Origin: the human T2T-CHM13v2.0 reference genome, Homo sapiens
Assembly (NCBI RefSeq): GCF_009914755.1
Contig: NC_060947.1
Strand: one strand, 5' to 3'
Length of the DNA stretch: 64,000 nt
The translations under genes were made by a program, and so were the position numbers. Position 1 is the stretch's first letter, and each line of letters begins with the position of its first letter. Shown here piece after piece: positions 17,240 to 28,945 of the stretch. Under the pieces are notes generated by a model that saw nothing but the letters and a program-made list of their open reading frames with translations, was not told the origin of the DNA and did not search any database.

Positions 17240-18170
17240 TATAAGAGTATTTGAGTGAAAGAACAGCATGTGTGATGGCCCTGGGATGAGAAAAAGCATA
17301 CCAAATTTGAGGAATTATAGAAAAGAAGGTCAGTGACTCTGGTGTCCTGAGGCCTGGAGGAAGGGTGACAGAAGACAAGTTAGGAGAAGCAGCCAAGGGA
17401 TAGATCATACAAGGCCTTGTAGGCCATGGTAAAGATGTAGACTTTTATCACAAGTGCACTGGAAGACATTATGCAGGGTAACGACATGATCTGGTATGCA
17501 ATTACTAAAGATTAATCTGGATACTTATAAACAGTTGATTGAGACAGGTGACAAAAATTCAATCTTAAGGTGTTGCAATTATTGTCCCCATTTGACAGAT
17601 GTGAAAACTAAGCCTCACAGAGGTTAAGTAACTTTCCTGTATTACACAGCTACTACATGACAGAACCATGATATACAGAAACGTAGTATGACTTCAGAGC
17701 TTGCTTTTTTAACAGTGATACCACATATGGATCTAGAGTTTAGAGGGGTTTGGTTTTGGGATATAAAGTTAGGAATTCATCGGCTTATATTTAGAGTCAC
17801 AGGACTGTATGAGATCACCTAGGGAGAGAATATAGACAGAAAAGAAGTTTAAGGAGAAGCCCTAAGGTACTCTAATATTTAGTCTTTGGTAGAAGAGGAG
17901 AAAAGAAGACTGAAAAGGAGCAGCCAGTAGGATAAGAGTAAAACCATGGATTTTTCACATAGAAGTTAAGAGAAAAAGGCTGCTTCAAGAAAGTAGCAGT
18001 GATCGACTACTCCAAATATTGCTGAAAGGTACAGTGAGTTAAGGACTGAAAAGTAACTATTTGATTTAGCAACATGGAGGTAACTGGAGACCTTCAAAAG
18101 AGCCATTTCATTCATGAAGTCATGAAGAAAGAAGGCAGGTTGGAATGTATTTAAGAGTAAATGGGTATTC
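17240..18170 (-). mobile_element. L2 fragments with an internal MIR (~17575-17710)
   Basis: ggccttgtaggccatggtaaaga and gatcacctagggagagaat (L2); cccatttgacagatgtgaaaactaag...aggttaagtaactt (MIR core). Confidence 0.65.
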
Positions 18171-18631
18171 CCAGGAAGTCTGAAGTCACCCCAGGAGATG
18201 GAATCCACAGGAAAATTTCAGACTAGAAGCTCCTTAAGGGGAAGAAATGAGCCATCTAACGTCATGTGCTTGGAACCTAGCAGCTTTTTCTATGTAATAG
18301 TGTGCAATAATTTATTTCTTGAACCTAACCGAATTAGATGTGACTTCTGTCCCCATCCTCAGGGAATTACATTCTAGTTGGGGAGGTAACAAAAAAATAT
18401 AGCATGAGTGGATGAGGTGTTTTCTGTAAATGCAATCCAGACTACATATTAAATATGACCTCAAAATGGGTGTATAATCCTGAAGCCAAAACCATTTTGT
18501 AAGATACTTGGAAAACCACTCTTAGACATTTAGGGATAATCAAGAGCTTTCAAGTGTTGCCTTAACCAGAGGATAAATACTCTATTTAACTATGTACTCT
18601 TGCCATGAACTCTTAATCATTTCTTCTTTAG

Positions 18632-18965
18632 CAAGGGTTGCAAACTAAAATGCATACACAGGCCAAACTGGTAACAAAAATAAGTGAAATGTTCAGGTGA
18701 GGGCTGTAATAAGCTGACGAGATCATGGCACTTCTAGAGGGGCCAGGCACTGCTGATTTCCGACAGATTGACAGCACTCTGGAAAATAGGCTTAAGGATG
18801 AAAACACAGATTTTCATATATCCCTACATTTTTCAATGTTGATAATTTATTCAGTCAACACCTGCACAGGCACACATGCACACACACATATACATATACA
18901 TTGCAGACAAACAAAATTTATCTGCTGGCCAAATTTAACTCATGGACTGTTGGTTTGTAACCTGT
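18632..18965. mobile_element. hAT-Charlie-type DNA transposon fossil
   Basis: Imperfect terminal inverted repeats caagggttgcaaact ... ggtttgtaacctg. Confidence 0.5.
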
Positions 18966-19116
18966 ATTGTATAGCAATTTCCACAATTTTCAGGGTTGTC
19001 TCAATTTCAACCCAGTCTTAGCTTGCCTGATGCCAAATACTAAGCCCCTCTGCATCATCCTTACAAATAACCCTGCCTTGATTCTCAGAAATAGTGTAAA
19101 AGTTCTCTAAAACTTA

Positions 19117-19542
<426 letters not shown>

Positions 19543-20084
19543 CTATGAACAGGCAGATAGTTAAGGTTAGGACACAGTGGGTATAAGCAACCAATGACAT
19601 GTTAATGACAGCTCAAGACAACCCTGAAAAAAAGATTGTTGTCCTCCTAAGTTTTCTCTTGTTGAGACTAAATAGCCCTATACTCTTCTAGTGGTGAAGG
19701 AAAATGGCTGCTTCTTATGACCCTGTATCAAGGTCATAGTTTACAAAATTGCTTAAACCACCCTTCTTGCTTTATGTAACCAATGCTCTTAATTTTATTC
19801 TTCCCTTCATCTTTAAATTAAGAACACAAGTCAACCATCAGCTATCCACTGCCAACCCTAAAAGCTAACCTGAAAGCACACTTCTACTATGTCACTGCTC
19901 CAATCATGTTGCCAACTCAGACCAGAGGCAAGATATTCAAGCAGATGTTCTAAGGAAGAATAAATAGGGGAAGTAGTTCATATCAGGTGTGTATTTCTTT
20001 CTTGTTTTCTGTTTTGATTTGTTTATTGTTTACAAACAGATATCACCCAGATAAATCCCTGATGATATTGCCTTTAATTGTTCT

Positions 20085-20912
20085 TTCAACAAATTTTTAT
20101 TGAGTCCCTACTATATGACACCCACTGTTCAGTATGCTGTGGATAGAGCAATGAGCAAAATAGATGATGTCCCTGCTCTTACTGAGCTTATACTCTAGTG
20201 GGAGACTTACTTTGTCACAGAAACAAACACACAGATTAAATTGTGATCTGTGCTGTGATAAAAATAAAATGAGATGAGGTCATAGAGAGTGCCTGGATTG
20301 TGGGAGTTACCTTAATCCACATGGTAAGGGAACGCTTTCCTGAGATGTGTAGGATATTGGAGCCCACCATGGGCATAATCAGACAGAAGGAAAAGGAATG
20401 CAAAGGCCTTGAGGTGAGAGAGATCTTAATATATTGCAATGAAAAGGAGGTCAGCATAGCTACAGCAGTGTGAACAAGGTGTTTACAAATCAAGTCAAAG
20501 AGACAGGCAGGGGACAGGTGGATCTTGAGGGCCTTGTTGATAATATAAGACAATCTGGATGCTAACTGCAATGGGAAATGACTGAAAGGTTTTAAACAGA
20601 GGTGCGACCTGGTCAGATTTGCCTTTTAGAAAGACTATTTGTTTGCTGGCTGTTGAACAGATTTTAGCAGGGCAGATGTGGAAGAAGGGTCACCAGTGAG
20701 GACACTCTTCTAGCCATCCATTTGGGAGATGGTGATGGTCAGGATCAGGGTCAGGGTAGTAGTAGTGGAAAGGGTGAGAAATGGTCAGATGCTGAACACA
20801 CTTTTAGGACAAAGCTAACGGGATTTCCTCAATAATTGGATGAGACTTGTGAGAGAAGAATCAGGGATGGCTCCAAGATTTTTGGCCTAAGCAACCAGGT
20901 ATTGTCATTAAC
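20085..20912 (-). mobile_element. L2 3' fragment
   Basis: ttcaacaaatttttattgagt (antisense L2 tail), tgcaaaggccttgagg, gatttttggcctaagcaac. Confidence 0.8.
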
Positions 20913-21139
20913 TGAAGGGGGGGATGGCATTAAACATGATTTCTCATGGGTCATTCTGGAGTTCCAGTTATACCTGTGGGATGGAACCTCAGGGCCCTTC
21001 TCTGACTTTGAGCTGCCTAGTTATGAGGTGGGGCGGTAGTAAGGGACTGCTGTTTGGGTGAATTAGAGGCATAAGGCACATTTCTGGGAATCACCACCCT
21101 CTCTCCCTTCCCCTTCCCCATTCTAGTCAAAAAACATGC

Positions 21140-22200
21140 AGACTCACACAGATGAGAGACAGAGAAGACTGAGCATCCCAGGATAGGCAGAAGGAAGAGT
21201 CCCCAGAAACTCTAGAGCTGTTGTAGCCACTTCAGTCCAAAGACTGCATGGGCGTGGGCGGCGCCAAGGGGGCGTCGCAGAAACTTTCTTAGGGATCTGG
21301 CAGCCTAGGGAACCAGTTTTACCGGAAACAAAGTAATGAAAAGAGATGCGGTGGGGTGTGGCGGGGCCTGCCCCCTGCCGGAAGAAGTTTGGGTGCAGCC
21401 CAGTATTCAAGCTCCAGGACAAAGGGGGCGGGGAGGCCGCCACTAGCAAACAACCTCAGCTTCATAAATCCAGCAGAAAGGTCCGGGGTATTGTTGAAAA
21501 GGTCGGAAGGACCAAGATTATGTCCGCCAGCCTAAGTGGGACGAACAACCAAGTTGTGCGATGCAGCTTTAAAGGGGCTGGTGATTGACAGAATGGTGTA
21601 GTAGTAGATGGGGTGGAGCCGCTGGGTGGGGTCGAGACTGGCAGCTGAGAGATACCAAAAGGAAGAAAAAAGAAAACCATTGCTCTTGATATTGCTAATG
21701 CCGGGGGAGGTAAGCTAACGAGAAAGTAGGGAAAAGGAAGGTTTTAGAGTTCACCTCCACTCCTTCCCCTGGCTAACACTCTTTACACTCTTCTGCCTTC
21801 CCTTGAGATAATTAAAATAGACTGTACACCGGCCCTAGTCGGTGCCCATTCCCCCTAACTCTTCACTCAACTACGTGTGTAGTCCGAGGGAGTGAGGACC
21901 CCGGGTCCAAGAGCTCAATCCCGGCCCCGCCCCGTCGGCCCAGGCCCCGGGGCTGGGAGGAGAGGATGCCTTCGGAGGCGCAGAATCCGAAAGTAAGTTC
22001 CTTTTATTTTGCCTTACCAACTGCCACCTCCCACTCCACCTTCCTTTTATCACCCTCTCTGGGCGGCGAAATAGCCTCTTTCAAGGAAAACCTTTCAGGG
22101 TGGAGCAGAGTGGGGTTGGTAAGAAGGGGAGGGGAAGGGAGGTGGTGCTTTAGAGCCTAGGGGAGCTACCACGGGCGGGACAGGCGCGCTCAGTTCGATG
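21140..22200. promoter_or_regulatory. GC/CpG-enriched putative bidirectional promoter with candidate first exons
   Basis: The main non-repeat CpG-rich stretch in the window. ETS-like ccggaa at ~21322 and ~21378; GC boxes at ~21425, ~21925 and ~22172; plus-strand donors gag|gtaagc (21710) and aaa|gtaagt (21993); minus-strand donor gtgagt (21147-21142). Confidence 0.7.
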
Positions 22201-23402
22201 GCTGTGTGGTTGGATCCTTGATTTCTCCTCCAGGTATTAGAGCCTCGACTTCCTCCCTCCTGGCATTCTTTCTTTTTATCACCCTGCAGCAACCCTATCA
22301 GGTTGCCTGAAGCCTCTAGCTGTGAGCTAGGAGGGCTCCATCTTGCCTGGCTTCTTAAAGGGACAGTGCACTATTTAACTGGAAATTCAATTATGAGAAG
22401 GGTGGCAGTACCTCTATGTTGGAAGGAATTTGTGTGGCGAGGACAGCTTTTTCTTACTCAGACCAGCTTCCATACTTGGTTCTAATATCCGTGTGGTTCT
22501 TAGGAGGTGCACCGTGGGCAATGTTGCCAAGTTACACATTAGTTAACTGCAGCCAGTTGACTGCAGTTTTAGCTCAAAGGGAAAATTTCCATTTCCTGAA
22601 AGGCGCCATGGCAGTGCAGGTATCTTGAACAAATTCATTCTACAAATTTTATTGAATGCCAGGTGCATTGCCTGTGGCTGATCACACTGCTGGGAGGTTT
22701 GTGTAAAATGTCAAGGCCATGCAGAGTGTTGTCAATGACTCCCTTTTTAACTGATTAGTAGCCTTCCCAGGATATGGAGACAAATGTTGAATTTGATTCC
22801 AACATTTACCAAACATTTCTTACATGAATGGCTCAATGGTTCACTTTTATTGTCTTCTGTTCAGTACCAGGTGTCCATATGCTCAAAGCCAAGTGACTGG
22901 GAATTCCAGCTAGAAGAAATAGGAACTCAAATCAAAATGGCATGCAGAGAGGAAAGAGCAGGAAACTTCAGTAGGAAAGCTAATGCCACTTTGGCGTTAT
23001 CCATGTCCAGTAAGGGAGATTGTTTTGGGAAAGAGGGCTTCACCATCTCCCTTCCACTGTTAAAGAAGAGCTGGTGTGGCAGAAACTTGTTAGAAAGGGT
23101 CTCTTATGGACCAGTGACATCTCTTACATATTTGTCTCTCTTATGTTTCTGCACAGGGAGGGTGGCAGGACTGTGGATAGAGCCTAATGATACTCCACAG
23201 GTCGAAGAGATGAAAATATGTTTGAGGTTTTAGGGTTCATATTTCACTCTGTAGGTTTTTGTTTGGTCAATGGAATGCCACAGTTCCCGGTGCTCTGCAA
23301 TTTCCTTTGTTTTGAGTCCCTTCCTAGTTCTTACTCAGCGGTCCAGGGTAGGGAACTGTGACAGAGCAAGGTATTGACACAAAATTACATTGTGTTATTA
23401 TA

Positions 23403-23870
23403 TTCATTCATTCATTCGTTCATTCATTTGACAATTACATACTGAGAATCTACTCTGTATCATCACCACACAAGACTCTGGGGAAAATATGCCTTCTTGG
23501 AGATTATATTCTAATGAGGAGGTGTTGGTGGAGGGGACTAACAAAAAACAATGAACATATACGTTGAGTGGGGATAAGATGGGAGAAAAGCTACAGGGCA
23601 TGTGGAATTGGGGTGATTTTAAAGAATATATCTGAATGAAGTGAGGAAGCCAGCCGTGAGAATACCTGAGGGAAAGGTGTTCTAGACAGAGGAAGTAGCA
23701 AGTGCAAAGGCATGGTATGTTCAAAGAATAGTAAGAAGGTCAGTATCACTGGAGTGGACAAGAGGAAGAGTGCGGGATATAAGGTCAGTGAGATAGAGGG
23801 GGCTAGATCATATGGGAACTTGTAAAGACTTTGACTTTTATTCTGAATGAGACAGGAAGTCACTTGTAAA
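23403..23870 (-). mobile_element. L2 fragment with (TTCA)n tail
   Basis: ttcattcattcattcgttcattcattt...; cagaggaagtagcaagtgcaaaggc; gactttgacttttattctga. Confidence 0.8.
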
Positions 23871-24111
23871 AAAAGAAGTAACAATCATTCTATTTGAAAT
23901 TCTATTGCATTAAAGAGAATGAATCTTGAATTATTTATCTTATACAATCAAGATGGATTGTATTTTTATGTTTGGAATCTAATGCTCCTTTAAGAAAAAC
24001 TTAGTAAACTTATTGCTAACTTGTTCATGTCAATTAATACAATTTAATTTCATACCAACCATTGTTTTATAAAATAAATATCTGAAGAAGGTTTCAAATG
24101 CACTTGAAACT

Positions 24112-24538
24112 ACTGTTGACAGCACAGAGGTTAGAGATGCTGACCCCACACAGTTGAAAATCCATATATAACTTCTGATTCCCCAAAACTTATCTACTAG
24201 TAGCCTACAATTGACCAGAAGCCTTACTGATAATATAAACAGTTAATTAATATACATTTTGTAAGTTATACATATTATATACTGTGGTCTTATAATAAAG
24301 TAAGATAGAAAAAAGAAAACGTTTAGAAAATCGTAAGCAAGAGAAAATATATCTACTATTCATTAAGTGAAAGTGGATTATCATAAAGGTCTTAATTCTT
24401 GCCATCTTCATGTTTAGTAGATTGAGAAGGAAGAAGAGCAGGGTGTGGTCTTGCTTTTTCAGGAGTGGGAGAGGTGGAAGAAAATCCATGTATAAGTGGA
24501 CCTGCAGTTCAAACCTGTGTTTTTCAAGGGTCAACTAT
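24112..24538. mobile_element. Tigger2a/MER28-type DNA transposon
   Basis: ctgttgac...gctgaccccacacagttgaaaatcc...aacctgtgtttttcaagggtcaact (Tigger2 terminal motif). Confidence 0.8.
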
Positions 24539-25084
24539 ACTTAAATACAAAAAGTCTCTTCAATGTACTTCAACAAAATATATTACAATAAATTTATTAG
24601 CACTAGAAAAAGTCTCATCTGCTTTAAGGAAATATTACAAGATTTTGTAGCACTCTTTGTCAAGAAATTGTGAAAATTATTTGCTTGGAAACCTTTTTTT
24701 AAACTTTCCATCCTGCTGGCACACATGATTCCTTTTAAGTTGTGCACTGTGCTTCCCCCAAGTCCTTCCCAGTGGGAGCTTTAAGTATAAAACACCTCAT
24801 TAGCCTCAGGGAACTCAGAAGGAGAGAAGAGTGCGAGGAAGGGAATTGAGAGAAAGAAGAAAAAAGCCAAGGAAGTCCAAACAGGACAGTGCACTAAGAA
24901 CAAGAACAAGTCACACAAATACAAAGTTTTAACCCCTCTGTTCCATACATTGAAAGTTCCATTCATTTCTGGCCTTGAAATTTCCACTTGTCCTTGTGAC
25001 TCCCTTTTAGAGATAAGGTAGGTGTGCATGTTAGATGTGTGTGTAAAGGGAGACTTGTGGATTAGTGTAGGCTTCCCCTAAAAC

Positions 25085-25460
25085 AATTCTTAACCTTGGC
25101 CACACACTGGAATCAGTTGAGGATATTTTAAAAATACTGATAACTTTGTCCATCCTCAGAGATACTGATGTAATTGGTTGGGGCACAGCTTGGAAGATGG
25201 ATTTTTAAAAGAGCTCCCTAGGTAATTCTAATGTGCAGTAAAGGTTGAGAACCACTTGCTTAGAGTTGAGGTTGTCTTAGTATGGTGCTTGGACCAGCAG
25301 CATCAGCATCACCAGGGAACCTCTTAGAAATGCAGATTTTCAGGCCCTACCCCAGACATACTGATTCAGAAACTCATACTGATTGTGATAAAACAATCAG
25401 TACTTTTTTCATACACCATCTGGGTGACCTGGATACACACTGAAGTTTGAGGACTACCTT
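25085..25460. mobile_element. Two adjacent MER5A-type (hAT-Charlie) fossils
   Basis: ttcttaaccttggc...aggtaattctaatgtgcag...ttgagaaccact; then ggaccagcagcatcagcatcacc...ttagaaatgcaga...aagtttgaggactac. Confidence 0.75.
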
Positions 25461-25699
25461 AGAGGTTAGAGGTTCTCATTTTTTTTCATTCCCAATACAC
25501 CTAAGGAATATAACACACTCCTATTAGTAACAGAGGCTCACTGTGCCCTGTTTGTGAAAGGTGGAGAAGGAATATGCCTGTTCCCATCCCATATCAGAAT
25601 CCCCATTCCCATTCCCTACTGCAGAATTTACAATCACTGTTTTAGAGTATATGGCTTTTTAAATTATATGCATTATTTCCTTTAATTTCAGCACTCATG

Positions 25700-26210
25700 T
25701 TTCATGCATCACTTCACTTCATCCTCACAATAATCTTGTGAGGTAGACACTATTATCATTGCCATTTTATAATTGAGAAAACTGAGGCACAGGAAAGAAA
25801 GTACCTTATCCAAGATCATACAGCTAGTAAGTGTAAGAGATCCATCGTCTCCTGTACTTTCTAAGTTGTTTCATCAGTTAGGTTCCTTCTCTCTTATTTT
25901 CTTAAATTTCTTCTTATTCGTTGATTTTCCCACTCATTCAGCCCTATCCACCTAACATTGCTAACATATATTGAAGACCTCCTTTGTATCAGGCCCCTCT
26001 ATTGAGCATGTTACAGATATCAATGTATATAATGTTCACAGCAGTCCTATTAAGTAGATACTATTATTTTCCTCATTGTTCAGTTAAGGAACTTGGGGCA
26101 CAGCAAAATCAAGCAACTTGCCTAAGCTTACACAGCTAGTAAGCGGCAGAGCTGAGATTTGAACCCAAGTGTATGAAGTCTGTGCCTGACTATTATGCCA
26201 TACTACCTAA
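25700..26210 (-). mobile_element. Two MIR elements
   Basis: atcctcacaataatcttgtgaggtag...gaaaactgaggcacag; cacagctagtaagcggcagagctgagatttgaaccca. Confidence 0.75.
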
Positions 26211-26480
26211 TCTTAAGCTTACAAGCACATTTTTTCCCTTCTCTAAATCTTTCTTTGAACTCATTTAAATTACCACTCCCATTTATTTTGTGCAGTTTCC
26301 ATTTAAACCATCACTGAAACTGTTCTTGCCAAAGTTACTTAATGATCTGTCATGTTCAGTGCTCTCTCTTTAGATCTTCAGCCTTCTTGCCTCTCTACTA
26401 CATTCAAGGCTGTTATATCTGACCTAGTTTATTATAATAGCTCCTTTATTGTTCTCTCTGCCTCCAATCTGTATGTCCTT

Positions 26481-26928
26481 TGCTATGGGTTGAATTGTGT
26501 TCCCCAATATATGTTGGAGTCTTAATTCCTAGTTTTTCAGAATGTGACTATTTGGAGACAGGGTCTTTATAGAGGTAAAAATTTAAAATGATCTCATTTT
26601 ATTTTTTTATGAGATCATTTTAACTTTATTAAATTAAGTGGGCCCCAATTCAATATGACTGGTGTCCTTATAAAACAGGGAAATTTGGATACAAAGACAG
26701 ACTCACACATTGGGAATATGATGTGAAGAGACATGGAGAATACAACCATCTGCAACCCAAGGAGAGGCCTAGAACAGATTCTTCCTTCACAGCCCTCAGA
26801 AGGAACCAACCCTGCTGACACCTTGATTTCATACTTCTAGCCTCCAGAACTGTGGGACAATAAATTTCCATCGTTTAAACGAACCAGTTGGTGACACTTC
26901 GTCATAGCAGCCCTCGGAAATGAATACA
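26481..26928 (+). mobile_element. MaLR solo LTR, MLT1 family
   Basis: tgctatgggttgaattgtgttcccc...ggtgtccttataaa...cagccctcagaaggaaccaaccctgctgacaccttg...aataca. Confidence 0.88.
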
Positions 26929-27444
26929 GAGTAGAGGGGAAAGGTTATTCCAGGCAGGAAGAATCTTATTACCAGAGGCAAGTAATGGGCATTAACATAA
27001 TGTGGGTTGGAGAAGAACAGGGTAGGGTTAGAGAAAGGGTGAGTTTAAGAGAACTTTTTCTTGTGGTGGTAATACATATGGGGTAAAAGCAGTGGCTGGA
27101 AAAACAGCAAGGTTAAAATTCTTTCTCCTAGTGTTTCAGGGAAATAGCTAAGTTTCAAAGAATATTATCTAGCTAATGCCTCCTAATGCTAAAATGGCCT
27201 ATATTTTGTTCCTTAGAAAGCTGAACTTAGGAATAACTCTCTGAGCTGGGAACATTTTACTGGTCAGTGATGGCATGATACATATGTAATGGACAGAGAA
27301 CATGGAAAGGGGTTCAGAGTACATTTTTACAAGAATAATAACTCAAATATGATCTGCAGCTTTGGTTTAATTAAATCTGGTCATATATATTAACCATTTC
27401 CACTTATGTAAGGCAGATGGCTTTTGAAATGGGGAAGCAGCATT

Positions 27445-28020
27445 CAGTTATTCATCCCATTTATTTGTTCAATATATATGCCATGAGAACCCTCTATGTA
27501 GTCAGCTCTGTGCTACAGCCTGGGTATACAAAAATCTGAGACCTCAGTCTTGCCCTGGAGCTCAGCTGGGAGACAGACAAAACTCTAGCTAACATCTAAC
27601 ATTTCTTGATTACTTAATATATGCCATGGACCATACTAAGAAAATTCACAATAGTTATGCTCACTTTTTAGATAAGGACACTGAGGGTTAGAGGAAAGTT
27701 GAGTCAACTTCAGGAGAGGAGTTTTGGCAAACTTGCCAAGTGAGAAAGTTATTAATATGAGCAAGTAAAATGTGGGTGATTTGTGGGGTTAGACGGTCAG
27801 AGAAGACTTGCTAGAGGAGATGATATTTGAGTCTTGAAGGATAAATAGGAGTTTTCAACATACACAAGTTGAGAAAGAAGGAGCATGGCAGATGGAAGGA
27901 ACATTATGTATAAATCAATGGAGACACCAGAGATATGCTATGTTCAGGAAATAGTGTTTCATTATGGCTGACACATAAGTTGGTGGCAGGAAAAAAGACT
28001 GGAAAAGTAGGCACAACCCA
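27445..28020 (-). mobile_element. Degenerate L2/MIR fragments
   Basis: ttattcatcccatttatttgttcaa...; gaggagatgatatttgagtcttgaaggataaatagga. Confidence 0.55.
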
Positions 28021-28718
28021 GGAATCAACCATAAATAAGAGTCTCTTATTTTTTATAAGCACGATATGAGGAACACTATACCCGAAAGCTATTCTTTACT
28101 ATTCAAAACATTAGAGATTGCATAAACAGCTGCTTTCAGTACTGTACACAGAAATTAGAGGGATTTTTTTCACTGAGGGTCAGTCAATGAAGACCAGAAA
28201 AATTACTGGGACCAGAAGGTAGACAGAAACCTTAGGACTCAAAAATCATTGTTGATCAGGGAGAAGGGATGAGACTGGTACTTTGTGGGAGTCTGGACTG
28301 GTAGAAATGATTGCTAGTCAGAGTAGTCAAAGCAATAATAATAATTTTAATAATACAGCAATAAATGTACCAAGTACTACTCTAAGCATTGAATTTACTA
28401 TATCCATTTGATAAATGGGGAAACTCCAGTACCCCAAACCTCTGACAATAGCTGTAAAGAAACTGGGAATACTCTGCTAATAATTTGTAGAATTTGAATT
28501 TGAACGCAGATAGTTTGGCTATACAATCTACATTTTTAATCATTATGAAATATTGAACTAACTAGTCAGTAAGACCAAAAAAGGAAATAGAATCAAAGTG
28601 AGTCAGTAACTGTGGGTCCTGTTAAGCAGTGTAATGCAATGTACAAATGGGTACATATGAAAAAGATAAAAATAGATGAAAGATCTAAGAAGTAACATGT
28701 AAGACAGATTTTGCTGAC

Positions 28719-28945
28719 CGAGGTCACAACTCAAGGGTTCACAAGTCACATTCAGGCCACAGATGTACTTGCCTTGAGCCATGTTCTTTTCAAAATTTGA
28801 ATTAATTGCCAGTGTGTAAAAGGCAGATGATTTCACATAAAATAAGCTCACAGTTTTCTTGAAAAACTTGAAATGTGTGGCATCACTGGGCCTATACTGC
28901 CTCATGGTGACACTTAACACAAGCTGAAGCAGCAGCTTCCCCTTT
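28719..28945. mobile_element. MER102-like hAT-Charlie fragment
   Basis: aaaatttgaattaattgcca...atttcacataaaa...ttttcttgaaaaa...ggcatcactgggcc. Confidence 0.55.

Noticed and set aside
21144-22292. Short overlapping ORFs in the GC-rich region
   Set aside because: Expected from stop-codon depletion in GC-rich DNA; no family resemblance.
22784-23233. 149-aa ORF near the promoter
   Set aside because: No recognisable domain or coding-like composition; an ORF of this length can arise by chance.
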